In this document: positions 20,759-29,924 of the stretch, in pieces
Position numbering within the stretch: position 1 is the stretch's first letter
Layout of the letters: each line of letters begins with the position of its first letter
Origin: an uncultured Gemmatimonadota bacterium
Lineage (GTDB): Bacteria > GCA-2686955
Reading direction: 5' to 3'
NCBI GenBank assembly: GCA_964490075.1
Contig: CAZBBK010000009.1
Coordinates: forward strand, 1-64,000
DNA length: 64,000 bases
Translations under genes and position numbers: made by a program
Notes under the pieces: generated by a model
Databases searched by the model: none
Told to the model about the DNA's origin: nothing
Seen by the model: the letters and a program-made list of their open reading frames with translations, nothing else

Positions 20759-20776
20759 GTAGCTACCGGTGGCTAC
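20759..20776. promoter_or_regulatory. Candidate antitoxin operator
   Basis: GTAGCTAC-CG-GTGGCTAC, an 18-bp near-perfect palindrome 11 bp upstream of the antitoxin ATG. Confidence 0.6.
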
Positions 20777-20841
20777 CCTGGTCAAGCAGCCGCAGTCGTC
20801 ACACCAATCGCACCGATGGAGAGCGGCGCATAGAGAAGCGA

Positions 20842-21618
20842 CTAACCCAACCGCGCCTCGACCCGCTCCCGAAGCTGCAGCGCCAGATCGTCGCACTCCA
20901 GCACGTCGCCGTGGGCCGGCACCAGGATCCGCGGGCTGTCCTGCGAGAGCTGGGCGAGCACCCACTCCTGGTAGTCCAACCGATCGGCCACCTGCAGGTA
21001 CTTGAAGCCGCGGCCGAAGCACAGCCCGGGGGTGGTCCCGGTGAGCCGCGCCACGAGCCCGAAGAAGCCGGGCGGGCTGCGGTCCACGTTGAAGAAGGCA
21101 TCGCCCACCAGCCAGGCCACACCGCGCTCGGTCTTCACCCGCAGCCAGACCTCGCCGCTGCGGGTGCCGGCGGGACAGAGAAAACGCGCGCTCGAAGGCA
21201 GCAGAGCTTCGACGGCCGCCAGCGACACCAACCCGCTATGCCCTTGACTGGCCAGACGCGGCAGCGCATTCGCCGAGGCGACCACCGCCGCCTCGGGAAC
21301 GAACGCGCGCCAGCGCCGCAACCCAAGGTGGTGAAAGTGGTTCGCGACCACCAGCGCAGCCACCCCGCCCTTCTTCTGGAGCACGCTCGAGGCGCGTCGC
21401 TCCTGCCGGGGGCCGGGGTTGAACACCAGAAATCCACCGCCAGGAAGCGCCAGCGCGCTCGCGCGCCCTTCCCAGGCCCCCACCGGAAAGGCCATGCTCC
21501 AGAGTCCGGTCGCCGCGTCCACCGGGACCCAGCCGGCGCTCTCGATGGCAGCAGACGCCGGCTCCGTCGCCGCCTCGCGCTCGGACACGTCTTCGGGAAT
21601 CGGTGGGGGGATCGTCAT
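20842..21618 (-). CDS. Metallo-beta-lactamase-fold protein (DUF4336-like)
   Basis: NHFHHLG, LVGDAFFN and LVPAHG motifs. Confidence 0.7.
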   Translation of the reverse strand: MTIPPPIPEDVSEREAATEPASAAIESAGWVPVDAATGLWSMAFPVGAWEGRASALALPGGGFLVFNPGPRQERRASSVLQKKGGVAALVVANHFHHLGLRRWRAFVPEAAVVASANALPRLASQGHSGLVSLAAVEALLPSSARFLCPAGTRSGEVWLRVKTERGVAWLVGDAFFNVDRSPPGFFGLVARLTGTTPGLCFGRGFKYLQVADRLDYQEWVLAQLSQDSPRILVPAHGDVLECDDLALQLRERVEARLG

Positions 21619-21849
21619 GTCTCGGCGCCCAGAGGAAAACACTCCAGAGCTATGGATCGGCATGGCGCGGGATCCAATCGAGCACCTGATCGAAATTCAC
21701 CACGAACGCCCGCAAAGATCCGGACATCGCCGGCAGGTCACCGCTCAGCTCCGCTCTCGCAGCCCGCGCCACCCCCATCCGGCGGCGGCGAAGCTCGGCG
21801 GCGTTCGGCGATCTGGCGGGCCCGCGGACATCCATCGATTGGCGTCCTT

Positions 21850-22030
21850 AGGGTCGGCGAAGAAATAGCTCCCCGGGTTTGCGCCCAGATGTGCCGTAGA
21901 TCCGGTCGATCGGTGGGTTCCGAAACCGGACGAGTAGCAGCGCTACTTCGAGGATTTCGGGGTCCACCGATCGGCCGGAGCTACGGTGCAGATGGGATGC
22001 AAACACGGGAGCTATTTCTTCGCCGACCCT
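21850..22030. mobile_element. MITE-like non-autonomous element (181 bp)
   Basis: Perfect 24-bp terminal inverted repeats AGGGTCGGCGAAGAAATAGCTCCC (21850-21873 / 22007-22030), extending inward imperfectly to GTTTGC/GCAAAC. No credible coding frame inside. Confidence 0.65.
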
Positions 22031-22180
22031 CAGGCTGTTCTCTCGCCGGGGAGGAGCGTCAATATTAGCCGAAACCGCACGCGAAATCCCTGACAACCGC
22101 CTGCTTCCGAGCTCCGGCGAACCCAGCGATCCACCATGGTCATGGCGGCGCGGGGGTCCCGGTGGCATGCTTGGAGGATC

Positions 22181-23206
22181 ATGAGCCGTGGTTCGACCCC
22201 TCTGAGCGAAGGCGCCCTGCTCGGCAGCTACCGGAGCCGGCCGTGGCCGCGGCTGTGGCCCGGGCCGGCCTGCGTGGCGGCCTACTACTGCGGAGGGCTC
22301 GCGGCCTCGGCACTGCAGCGCCCTCCGGCGCTGGCATCGCTCTTCGCCATCGCGGCCTTGCTCTACTGGCTGCGCGCCGTTCACGCCGTCCACGCCAAGC
22401 TCGCCGAGCTGACCGACGGCCGTCATCCCGTGCGACCCGGCGCGGCATGGTTCGGGCACCTGATTCCGGGCTACAACCTCTACTGGATCTTCGCCTGGCC
22501 GCGGGCGATCGATGGTTTCGTCGCGCCGGAGCGTGCTCGGTCGTGGGTCGCCGGCGGGGCCGGTGGAGCCTGGCTCTTGCTCAGCGCCGCCTGTTTCGTC
22601 CTGGTCGACGCCGGTCTCGGCACCCTCGGTCTCTACTGGGTGCTGGCGACCCGCATCCGGCTGCTGCGACTGGCGCTCGACGAGATCGGCGCACGCCGCC
22701 GCTCGCGGATCGGGCTGGCCCTGACCGGCGCCGGCGTGGGGACGCTGGTTCCCGTGGCCATGCTGGCGGGCTACGCGGCTCTGCTGGAGCTCGATCTCGT
22801 GCCGCCGGAGACGGTGGTGCGGGGAGCGGAGATCCATGGGCGCCACACCGAGACCTTGCGTCGCAGCGGCGTGCTGCAAGAGGGCGAGCGGATTCTGCTC
22901 GCCTACTTCAGCGGCATCTTCTCGGTCCGCGAGGGAGGCAGCTTGCTGACCAGCCGGCGGGTGATCCACTATTCCGATCTGGACGACGACACCGCGCTGG
23001 AGGCGGCTTCCTATGCCGAGGTCGACCAGATCGACGTGGTGCCCGCGCAGACCTGGAACGACCCCACCTCCTTGCGGATCTTCACCACCGGCGGCCGAGT
23101 CATTCAGCTCGACCTCAGCACCAGCGACGGGGGCGACCAGCTCTTCCTGCGAAGACTCGAGTCGCTGGCGTTCGGCGCCGCGCCGACGCAGTCGTCCGAT
23201 CTTTGA
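22181..23206 (+). CDS. Multi-pass membrane protein with C-terminal PH-like domain
   Basis: Several TM segments (LIPGYNLYW), then LQEGERILLAY...LLTSRRVIHY resembling a bacterial PH fold. The start may be 22136. Confidence 0.6.
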   Translation: MSRGSTPLSEGALLGSYRSRPWPRLWPGPACVAAYYCGGLAASALQRPPALASLFAIAALLYWLRAVHAVHAKLAELTDGRHPVRPGAAWFGHLIPGYNLYWIFAWPRAIDGFVAPERARSWVAGGAGGAWLLLSAACFVLVDAGLGTLGLYWVLATRIRLLRLALDEIGARRRSRIGLALTGAGVGTLVPVAMLAGYAALLELDLVPPETVVRGAEIHGRHTETLRRSGVLQEGERILLAYFSGIFSVREGGSLLTSRRVIHYSDLDDDTALEAASYAEVDQIDVVPAQTWNDPTSLRIFTTGGRVIQLDLSTSDGGDQLFLRRLESLAFGAAPTQSSDL

Positions 23207-23219
23207 ACGAAACAGCGCT

Positions 23220-24656
23220 ATGTCGAACAAGATCAAACGGATCATCAGCGAATCGAAGCACATCGAGACCGCGCCGCAGCTGCCGCGCCGGCGGCGCATC
23301 TTCGTAAACCGCAATCTGCACATGGGGCATGTGGACTGGATCGGATTCGACCTCGACTACACACTCGCCTGCTACAACAAGACCGCCATCGAAGAAAGCG
23401 CCTACGAGATTACGCAGCAGAAGCTGGTCGAGGAGAAGGGCTACCCGAAGGAGATCCTGGAGCTTCGCTACGATCCGGAATCGATGATTCGCGGCCTGGT
23501 GATCGATACCGAGCGGGGCAATGTACTGAAGCTGGATCGTTACGCCTATGTGAAGCTGGCCTTTCACGGCAAACGCCAGCTCTCCAGGGCGGAGCGCAAG
23601 AGGACCTACTCCACCCAGAGGATCGACTACGCCAGCGCCCACGCTCTCGATACACTTTTTTCGATTCCCGAGGCCTGCCTGTTCGCACAGATCGTCGAGA
23701 TGGCCGACTCGCGCCCCTACGACTACCCCCCCGCCTACCACGAGATCCACCTCGACATTCGCCAGATGATCGACAAGGCACACCGCGACGACACCTTGAA
23801 GAAGCGGATCCGGTCCGATCTGCCTCGCTTCTTCGACGTCGACCCCGATCTGGCGCCGATGTTGGAGCTGATGCGCGCCGGTGGAAAAAAACTGTTCCTT
23901 TTGACCAACTCCTACTGGGATTACACAGACCGCGTGCTCTCGCATTTGCTCGATCCTCGGCTACAGGCCCACGCACGCTGGCTGGAGCTTTTCGACTGCG
24001 TCGTAGTCGGCGCACGCAAACCCGATTTCCACCGCAGCAACGCTCCTTTTCTCGAGGTCGACACCAAGTCCGGGATGCTGCGCAACACCGATCGCGACGA
24101 GCTACAGCTCGGCCGCGTCTACCAGGGCGGCAACGCCGAACTGCTGGAGAAGCTGCTCGGCGCCTCCGGCGAGCGGGTGGTCTACTTCGGAGATCACATC
24201 TATGGCGACATCCTCCGCTCGAAGAAGACCCTGGGATGGCGCACCGGCCTGGTCATCGAAGAGCTGGAGCAGGAGGTCGAGATCCTCGAGGCTCACGTCG
24301 GCCGCTGGGCGGAGATGGACGCCGTGGACGAAGCGCGCCGGCGCCTGGAAGCGGCGCGCGATGCCGCGCGCGAGGCCGGTCCGGACTCGACCGAGCTGGA
24401 GGGGCTGGATGAACGGATCGAAGCCCTGCAGCGGCACGCCGGCCGCCTGTTTCGAGAGGCACAGGCCGCGTTCAATCCCTACTGGGGAGAGCTATTCCGC
24501 GCCGGCAAAGAGGTCAGCCTCTTCGGTCACCAAGTCGAAGGTTACGCCTGTCTCTACACCAGCCGCGTCTCGAACTTCCTCTACTACCCGCTCGATCGCT
24601 ACTTCCGCTGTCGCCGGGGAACGACGCCCCACGATCCTCAAGAGTGTTCAGAATAA
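23220..24656 (+). CDS. HAD-IG family 5'-nucleotidase (cytosolic cN-II-like)
   Basis: IFVNRNL, GFDLDYTL, LLTNS, ARKP, YFGDHIYGDI and YACLYTSRVSN. Confidence 0.92.
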   Translation: MSNKIKRIISESKHIETAPQLPRRRRIFVNRNLHMGHVDWIGFDLDYTLACYNKTAIEESAYEITQQKLVEEKGYPKEILELRYDPESMIRGLVIDTERGNVLKLDRYAYVKLAFHGKRQLSRAERKRTYSTQRIDYASAHALDTLFSIPEACLFAQIVEMADSRPYDYPPAYHEIHLDIRQMIDKAHRDDTLKKRIRSDLPRFFDVDPDLAPMLELMRAGGKKLFLLTNSYWDYTDRVLSHLLDPRLQAHARWLELFDCVVVGARKPDFHRSNAPFLEVDTKSGMLRNTDRDELQLGRVYQGGNAELLEKLLGASGERVVYFGDHIYGDILRSKKTLGWRTGLVIEELEQEVEILEAHVGRWAEMDAVDEARRRLEAARDAAREAGPDSTELEGLDERIEALQRHAGRLFREAQAAFNPYWGELFRAGKEVSLFGHQVEGYACLYTSRVSNFLYYPLDRYFRCRRGTTPHDPQECSE

Positions 24657-25838
24657 ACTCGCAACACTCTGGAAGGTGTACACACCGCCGTTCGTGGAAG
24701 CGATGCATAGATCGGGGCGCTGATCGCCGTTCAGATCGACGACCAGGGGCGTCGCTTGCACCGGGATGGCACAGTCGTGGTCGATCAAGGTCGCGCCGGA
24801 TACGGCGGAGCGGGCGCGCACACGCCCATCTCCGTGCAGCGTGATCGCATCCGGGGCACCGTCGAGATCCAGGTCGGCCGAGACCGTGAACACCGCGGCG
24901 GCGTCGATCTCCGGAACCGCGGCTGGGGCCGCCTGGGTGTGCTTGCCGCCCAGGATCTCGATCGCGGGCGTGGTGCTGCGCTTCGTGGGCGCCGAGGTGC
25001 GCGCCCCGTCCAGGATCTCGCCGCTGGCGGCGTCGACCAGGCAGGGAAGACCGTCGCCGAAGGAGACGGAAACTCTGTCGCCTTCGACGCTCAGGTTGCG
25101 CGGATTCGGACCGACACGCGCCGACCAGAGCCGCTCCCCGGTCATCGGCCGATACGCCCAGAGCTCTCCGTCGCCTGCCACCACCACCACCGCCGCTTCG
25201 GGCGGCGGCCGAAGCAGCCTCGGCGAAACCGTGATCGCGGCATCGGTCGACAGCCCGGAAAGCGGCTGCAGAGCGAACGCGGCCGCGGGCTCGGCGGGGC
25301 CACCGGCTAGGTCGACGGACAAGAAGAACAGCGCCAGAACGACGCCGCACACCGCCACCGCCAGGGTGCCGAGGAGCGCCTGTCGGGGAGTCACGCGATC
25401 GGAGGGAATCTCCGCCTCGATGATCTCCGGCTGCTCGGAGATGCGCCGATACTGAAGGACCACATCGCCGATACGGATCTCAGCGCCCAGCGGCACCACG
25501 GTCGGCTGCTCGATCGGGATATCGTCGAGCTCGATGTCGACATGCGGCGTCAACACCAGGTCACCCTCGCCGTCGAACTCCAGAGTCGCGGCCAAAGGAG
25601 GCAGATCGAGATCGTCGAACACCACCTCCAGCTCCTCGCGACTGCCGATCCGGCTCGCGAACGAGGTTGCCAGACGGATGCCGCGCCGGAGGTTTCCGGG
25701 CGCCAGCACGATCAGCCCCGGGCTGTCCGCCGGCGTCTCGTCCGCCTCCGCATCCCCGTTTCCGGGTCGCTCGGGCTCGATCGGCTCCTCGTCGTCCGGC
25801 CTCCGCTCCGGGTCCCTCTCGTCGAAAGGCTGGGTCAT
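24648..25838 (-). CDS. Membrane-anchored protein: degenerate FHA-like N-domain, TM, PQQ/FG-GAP-like repeats
   Basis: IRIGDVVLQY FHA-like end, one TM, TGERLWS, DLDLDGAPD and DLNGDQRPD. Confidence 0.55.
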   Translation of the reverse strand: MTQPFDERDPERRPDDEEPIEPERPGNGDAEADETPADSPGLIVLAPGNLRRGIRLATSFASRIGSREELEVVFDDLDLPPLAATLEFDGEGDLVLTPHVDIELDDIPIEQPTVVPLGAEIRIGDVVLQYRRISEQPEIIEAEIPSDRVTPRQALLGTLAVAVCGVVLALFFLSVDLAGGPAEPAAAFALQPLSGLSTDAAITVSPRLLRPPPEAAVVVVAGDGELWAYRPMTGERLWSARVGPNPRNLSVEGDRVSVSFGDGLPCLVDAASGEILDGARTSAPTKRSTTPAIEILGGKHTQAAPAAVPEIDAAAVFTVSADLDLDGAPDAITLHGDGRVRARSAVSGATLIDHDCAIPVQATPLVVDLNGDQRPDLCIASTNGGVYTFQSVASLF

Positions 25839-26557
25839 CTTCGATCCTCCCTCGCGGTCCGCGCTCGATCGCCCTCGATCCAGGCCGCGCCGCTCTCATA
25901 CTGCTCGCGCTTCCAGATCGGGACCGTCTCTTTCAGCCGATCGATCAGGAAGCGACCAGCTTCGAAGGCCTCGGCGCGGTGCGGCGCCGACACGGCGATC
26001 AAGACCGACATCTCCCCCACAGCCACCCGACCGACTCGATGATGAACCGCCACTGCGCCCAGCTCCCAGCGCGCCCGCGCCTGCTCGACCAGGGCGCGGA
26101 TCTCGCGCTGGGCCATCGGCAGGTGCGCCTCGTACTCCAGGCGAATCACCCGCCGACCCTCGTGGTGGTCGCGCGTGGTGCCGGCGAAGGTGCACACGGC
26201 GCCGCAGCCGGGCAGCACGACCGCCTGCATGAGGGCAGCGCCGTCGATCGGCTCGGGCCCGATGCGCACGGTGTCGGCCGGCGCGGCGCAGCCCCCGCTG
26301 ACCGGCGGCACGATCGCCAGCTCGTCGCCGTCGGCAAGCGGCCGGTCGCCGTCCGCGTAGGTCTGGTTGACCGCCAGCGCGACGTGCGCCGCGCGGGGGG
26401 CGAGCTCCGGCCAGCGCGCCACCACCGCCTCGAGCGCGTCGCGCGTGGTGGCGCCGGGGGGTAGCTCGAGCTCGGCCTCGCCGCGCCCGGTGGTGTCTTT
26501 CCACGATGCGAAGAAAAGGACGCGCACCTTCAGACCCGGGGTCGTCTCTCGATTCAT
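25835..26557 (-). CDS. Fused molybdopterin synthase MoaD-MoaE (MoaX-like)
   Basis: KVRVLFFA...AVNQTY...VPPVSGG followed in frame by GAVCTFAGTTR, LEYEAH, HRVGRV, PHRAEAF and LKETVPIWKRE. Confidence 0.9.
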   Translation of the reverse strand: MNRETTPGLKVRVLFFASWKDTTGRGEAELELPPGATTRDALEAVVARWPELAPRAAHVALAVNQTYADGDRPLADGDELAIVPPVSGGCAAPADTVRIGPEPIDGAALMQAVVLPGCGAVCTFAGTTRDHHEGRRVIRLEYEAHLPMAQREIRALVEQARARWELGAVAVHHRVGRVAVGEMSVLIAVSAPHRAEAFEAGRFLIDRLKETVPIWKREQYESGAAWIEGDRARTAREDRR

Positions 26558-26582
26558 CGTGCAAGCGTAGCCGCTACGCCCC

Positions 26583-27566
26583 TTAGGGCGCATAGCCCTC
26601 TTTCCGATACCAGGCCACCGCCCGGCCGAAGGCATCGCCGATCGGCGCGGGGGAATAGCCCAGCTCCTCGCTCGCCTTGGCGCAGTCGAAGAAGAGCCGC
26701 TTGTTGACCATCGCCGCACTGCCCACAGTGAAGGGCGAGCGGCGGCCGGCAAGCGCCATGGCGCCTTGCAGCAGCGCCACGCCCGCGATCACCACCGCAC
26801 CCGGCAGCAGCACCCGAGGCGCGGCACGCCCAGACGCCCGGGAGAGCATCTCGCCCAGCCTCCGGGCATCGAGATTGGCGCCGGTGAGCAGGTAGCGCTG
26901 GCCGCGGCGGCCGCGCTCCGCCGCCAGCAGATGACCGCGTACCACGTCGCGCACGTCGACGAAGTTGCCGGCGAAATCCGGCATCGCCACCAGCTGGCCC
27001 TTGAGATGGCGCAGAATCGTGTCTCCGGTCGCGGTCGGCTTCCAATCCCACTCCCCGATCGGAGCGCCGGGATTGACGATCACCGCATCGAGCCCGGCAG
27101 CCACCGCCCGCAGCACCTCGGTCTCCGCCAAGAGCTTGGTCGTCGAGTATGGGGACGGGGCCTCGCCGAGGTCCCAGACGCTCTCCTCGGTCGCCAGCCG
27201 GTCGCCCGATGCCGATCCCACCGCCACCCCCGACGAGGTATGCACCACGCGCCGGACACCGGCCTCGGCGGCGGCGCGCAGCAGGTGGCGGGTGCCGAGC
27301 ACGTTGGCCTCGTAGAAGTCGCTCCAACCGCCGCGCAGATCGTAGAGCGCCGCGACGTGGAACACGGTTCCGACGCCGGCGCAAGCCGCTGACAGGCTGC
27401 GCGGATCGCCGAGATCGCCGGGCACGACCTCGCACTCCAAGCCTTCGATGGCCCGGCGATCGCTGGTGGGGCGCGCCAGGGCGCGCACCTGGTGGCCCGC
27501 GGCGAGCAGGTGGCGCACCAGGTTCGATCCAACGAATCCGGTGGCGCCGGTGACGAGAGCGTGCAT
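26583..27566 (-). CDS. NAD-dependent epimerase/dehydratase (HpnA/dihydroflavonol-reductase-like)
   Basis: TGATGFVG, HVAA, YSTTK, VNPGAPIGEWDWKPTATG and VDVRDV. Confidence 0.88.
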   Translation of the reverse strand: MHALVTGATGFVGSNLVRHLLAAGHQVRALARPTSDRRAIEGLECEVVPGDLGDPRSLSAACAGVGTVFHVAALYDLRGGWSDFYEANVLGTRHLLRAAAEAGVRRVVHTSSGVAVGSASGDRLATEESVWDLGEAPSPYSTTKLLAETEVLRAVAAGLDAVIVNPGAPIGEWDWKPTATGDTILRHLKGQLVAMPDFAGNFVDVRDVVRGHLLAAERGRRGQRYLLTGANLDARRLGEMLSRASGRAAPRVLLPGAVVIAGVALLQGAMALAGRRSPFTVGSAAMVNKRLFFDCAKASEELGYSPAPIGDAFGRAVAWYRKEGYAP

Positions 27567-27728
27567 GGGTTCGAGTCCTGCCGATGATTGAAGACACGAC
27601 GCAGGCGTGTCGACGATACTACACGGCAATCGCCCCGCCTCGGTCGCGGCGAGCGTGGCGCGGGCGGGAGGTTATGGTGGTCGAAAGCTCGAGCCCCCCT
27701 TCCACCGCCGACCCCGCTGAGGAGAGCG

Positions 27729-29075
27729 ATGCATCCCCCCGAGAAGAGAACGACCCCGACAGGCACGGCACTCCGGTGGCGCTGGACTCTGCTCCCGCTG
27801 CTGGCCGCGACGCAGATCCATGCCCAGGACTTGCTGATCATTGGCATCGGGGCGGATCAGAGGAACTGGGACGGCATGGGCAAGGTGGTCTTCTTCCTGG
27901 AGTCGATCAACGGCGACGCCGTTCCGGAGATCGTGGCGACCGCCCATTGCGCGGACTGTCACGGGACGAACTCCGGCACCATCCAGGTCTTCAACGGTGT
28001 TCCCGAAGGTCTCACCGGCAAGCACGAGTTGCTGTGGCAGCGCTACGGGGACTCCGCGCGCGACCGGTTGGGCGAGGCCGCCGCGCCCTGCGGCGACCTC
28101 GATGGCGACGGCATCACCGACATCATCGTCGGCGCGCCCGGCGACAGAGATGCTGGAACCAGGGTCGGCAGCGTCTACCTGCTTTCCGGAATCGACGGCA
28201 GCGAGATCTACCGCTTCTGGGGAAGCGGTCCAAGAGGTCGCTTCGGCGCGACGGTGGCGCAGCTGGATGATCTGGACGGAGACGGCATCGGAGAGTTCGC
28301 CATCGGGGCGCCGGACGACACGGGAGTCGGCTCGGTCACGGTGATCGCCGGCGGCAACGGAGAAGTACTGGCGCGCTACTGGGGCGAGACCGACAGCCGT
28401 TTCGGAACGGCGATCGGCTCGGCCGGAGATATCTCCAAGGACGGCGTCGGAGATCTCTTGATCGGCGCACCGGCTTGGGACGGCGGACGGGGCAAGGGTC
28501 TCGTGCTGGACGGCGACGCGGTGGCGCGCGGGATCAGCGACCTGTCGGCCGTGACTCTGGCCGAGATCGATGGCAACAATCCTCTCTCCTACCTGGGACG
28601 GTCGATGAGCGCGATCGGGGATCTCGACCAGGACGGCGCCCGGGAAATCGCTGTCGGCGCGCCGGGAGACGACACCATATTTCTCTATTCTGGAGCGACC
28701 GGCGAGCTCCTAGACACCCTGGAGGGCAGGGGGCGCGATGGCGGTGATGTCGACGGCTTCGGCTACACCACGGTGGTAACGACCGGTGACGTCAACGCCG
28801 ATGGCATCGATGACTTCGCGGTGGGTGCGCCGGGCTACGCGGCAGCAGCGCAGGACAACGTGGGAATCGTCTACCTGTACTCGGGTCGCGACCGCAGTAT
28901 TCTGCGCACCAGTCAGAAATACGTCGACGAGGACGATTACTTCGGTGCATCGCTGGGAGCCGGCGGAACCGACTTCGACGGTGACGGTCGCCCCGACATC
29001 GTGATCGGCATTCCCGGCTACGGCGATCGCGCGGCGGGCAACGCCTTCGGCGCGGTCTACGTCGATCTGAGCTGA
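27729..29075 (+). CDS. Secreted FG-GAP/integrin-alpha beta-propeller protein
   Basis: Signal peptide and about seven repeats of GDLDGDGxxDxxVGAP. Confidence 0.88.
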   Translation: MHPPEKRTTPTGTALRWRWTLLPLLAATQIHAQDLLIIGIGADQRNWDGMGKVVFFLESINGDAVPEIVATAHCADCHGTNSGTIQVFNGVPEGLTGKHELLWQRYGDSARDRLGEAAAPCGDLDGDGITDIIVGAPGDRDAGTRVGSVYLLSGIDGSEIYRFWGSGPRGRFGATVAQLDDLDGDGIGEFAIGAPDDTGVGSVTVIAGGNGEVLARYWGETDSRFGTAIGSAGDISKDGVGDLLIGAPAWDGGRGKGLVLDGDAVARGISDLSAVTLAEIDGNNPLSYLGRSMSAIGDLDQDGAREIAVGAPGDDTIFLYSGATGELLDTLEGRGRDGGDVDGFGYTTVVTTGDVNADGIDDFAVGAPGYAAAAQDNVGIVYLYSGRDRSILRTSQKYVDEDDYFGASLGAGGTDFDGDGRPDIVIGIPGYGDRAAGNAFGAVYVDLS

Positions 29076-29119
29076 CCGGCGACGGCCGAGAGGACGCCGC
29101 CGGCGCGATCGATCGCGGC

Positions 29120-29692
29120 TCAGCCGCCGCAATTCAGGTCGACGCAGTCCGGGCGTCCCGAGAGCGGAATGCCGATGTCGGCCACGGCGTCGCCCCACAT
29201 CAAGCGACTGGCCCAGTCGATCGAAACGTCGACTCCGGGCACGATGTAACCGATCCCCAGGATCCAGCCGTATCCCGGCTGGTTCGGTGGGATCGGGCCA
29301 AAGTCGATCAACCCGCTGGTCATCACGTAGCCCCCGGGATTGCTGGTTCCGCACAGGTAGAATGCATCGATCCGATAGAGGTTGTGGGCCAGGTTGAGAT
29401 TGCAGTAGAGCCCCACGAAATGAGCCAGCTCCAGGGTGTCGCCTTCGTTGAAGCAGTAGTCTTCCGGTGTGTACCAGATCGGCCCTCCACCATCGGCGGT
29501 CCAGGAGTCGAACCACTCGATGGTGTCTTCGGGGAGCATCGCAGCACCGGGAGAGCCGGCGACCGGAACTTCGCATGCCCTTTGCGGCAGCGGTACCAGC
29601 TCGACGGCGCTGTTGCAGCTCAAGTCGAGATTGGCGGCGAGGGCGGAGGTGGCGAGGGCCAGCAAGGCCAGGGTGAAAGAAACCGTGCGCAC
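29120..29692 (-). CDS. Secreted hypothetical protein (Cys-containing)
   Basis: GTG start with GGAGGA RBS, signal peptide VSFTLALLALATSALA and gene-like codon usage. Confidence 0.65.
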   Translation of the reverse strand: MRTVSFTLALLALATSALAANLDLSCNSAVELVPLPQRACEVPVAGSPGAAMLPEDTIEWFDSWTADGGGPIWYTPEDYCFNEGDTLELAHFVGLYCNLNLAHNLYRIDAFYLCGTSNPGGYVMTSGLIDFGPIPPNQPGYGWILGIGYIVPGVDVSIDWASRLMWGDAVADIGIPLSGRPDCVDLNCGG

Positions 29693-29924
29693 GGCGATCC
29701 TCCAACGGGCCTGTTGCGGCCCGACTAGACAAGGTCTTGACCCCGCACCGCGATCGTCCCGGTCGCGGTGCACTCCGCTAGAGTAATCCGATCCTTGCGC
29801 GAGGTCAGCGCTGCGCGGGACACGAAATCGCTCGAACTTCGCACCTCCATTACTATAGTGTTCCGTTCTGCGAATATGGCGGCACGCGGCCGCCGGCACG
29901 ACCAATCGACTCCGGAGCCGAACG

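Noticed and set aside
26583-27566. Hopanoid biosynthesis cluster (hpnA)
   Set aside because: No shc or other hpn genes are adjacent, so only a family-level call is supported.
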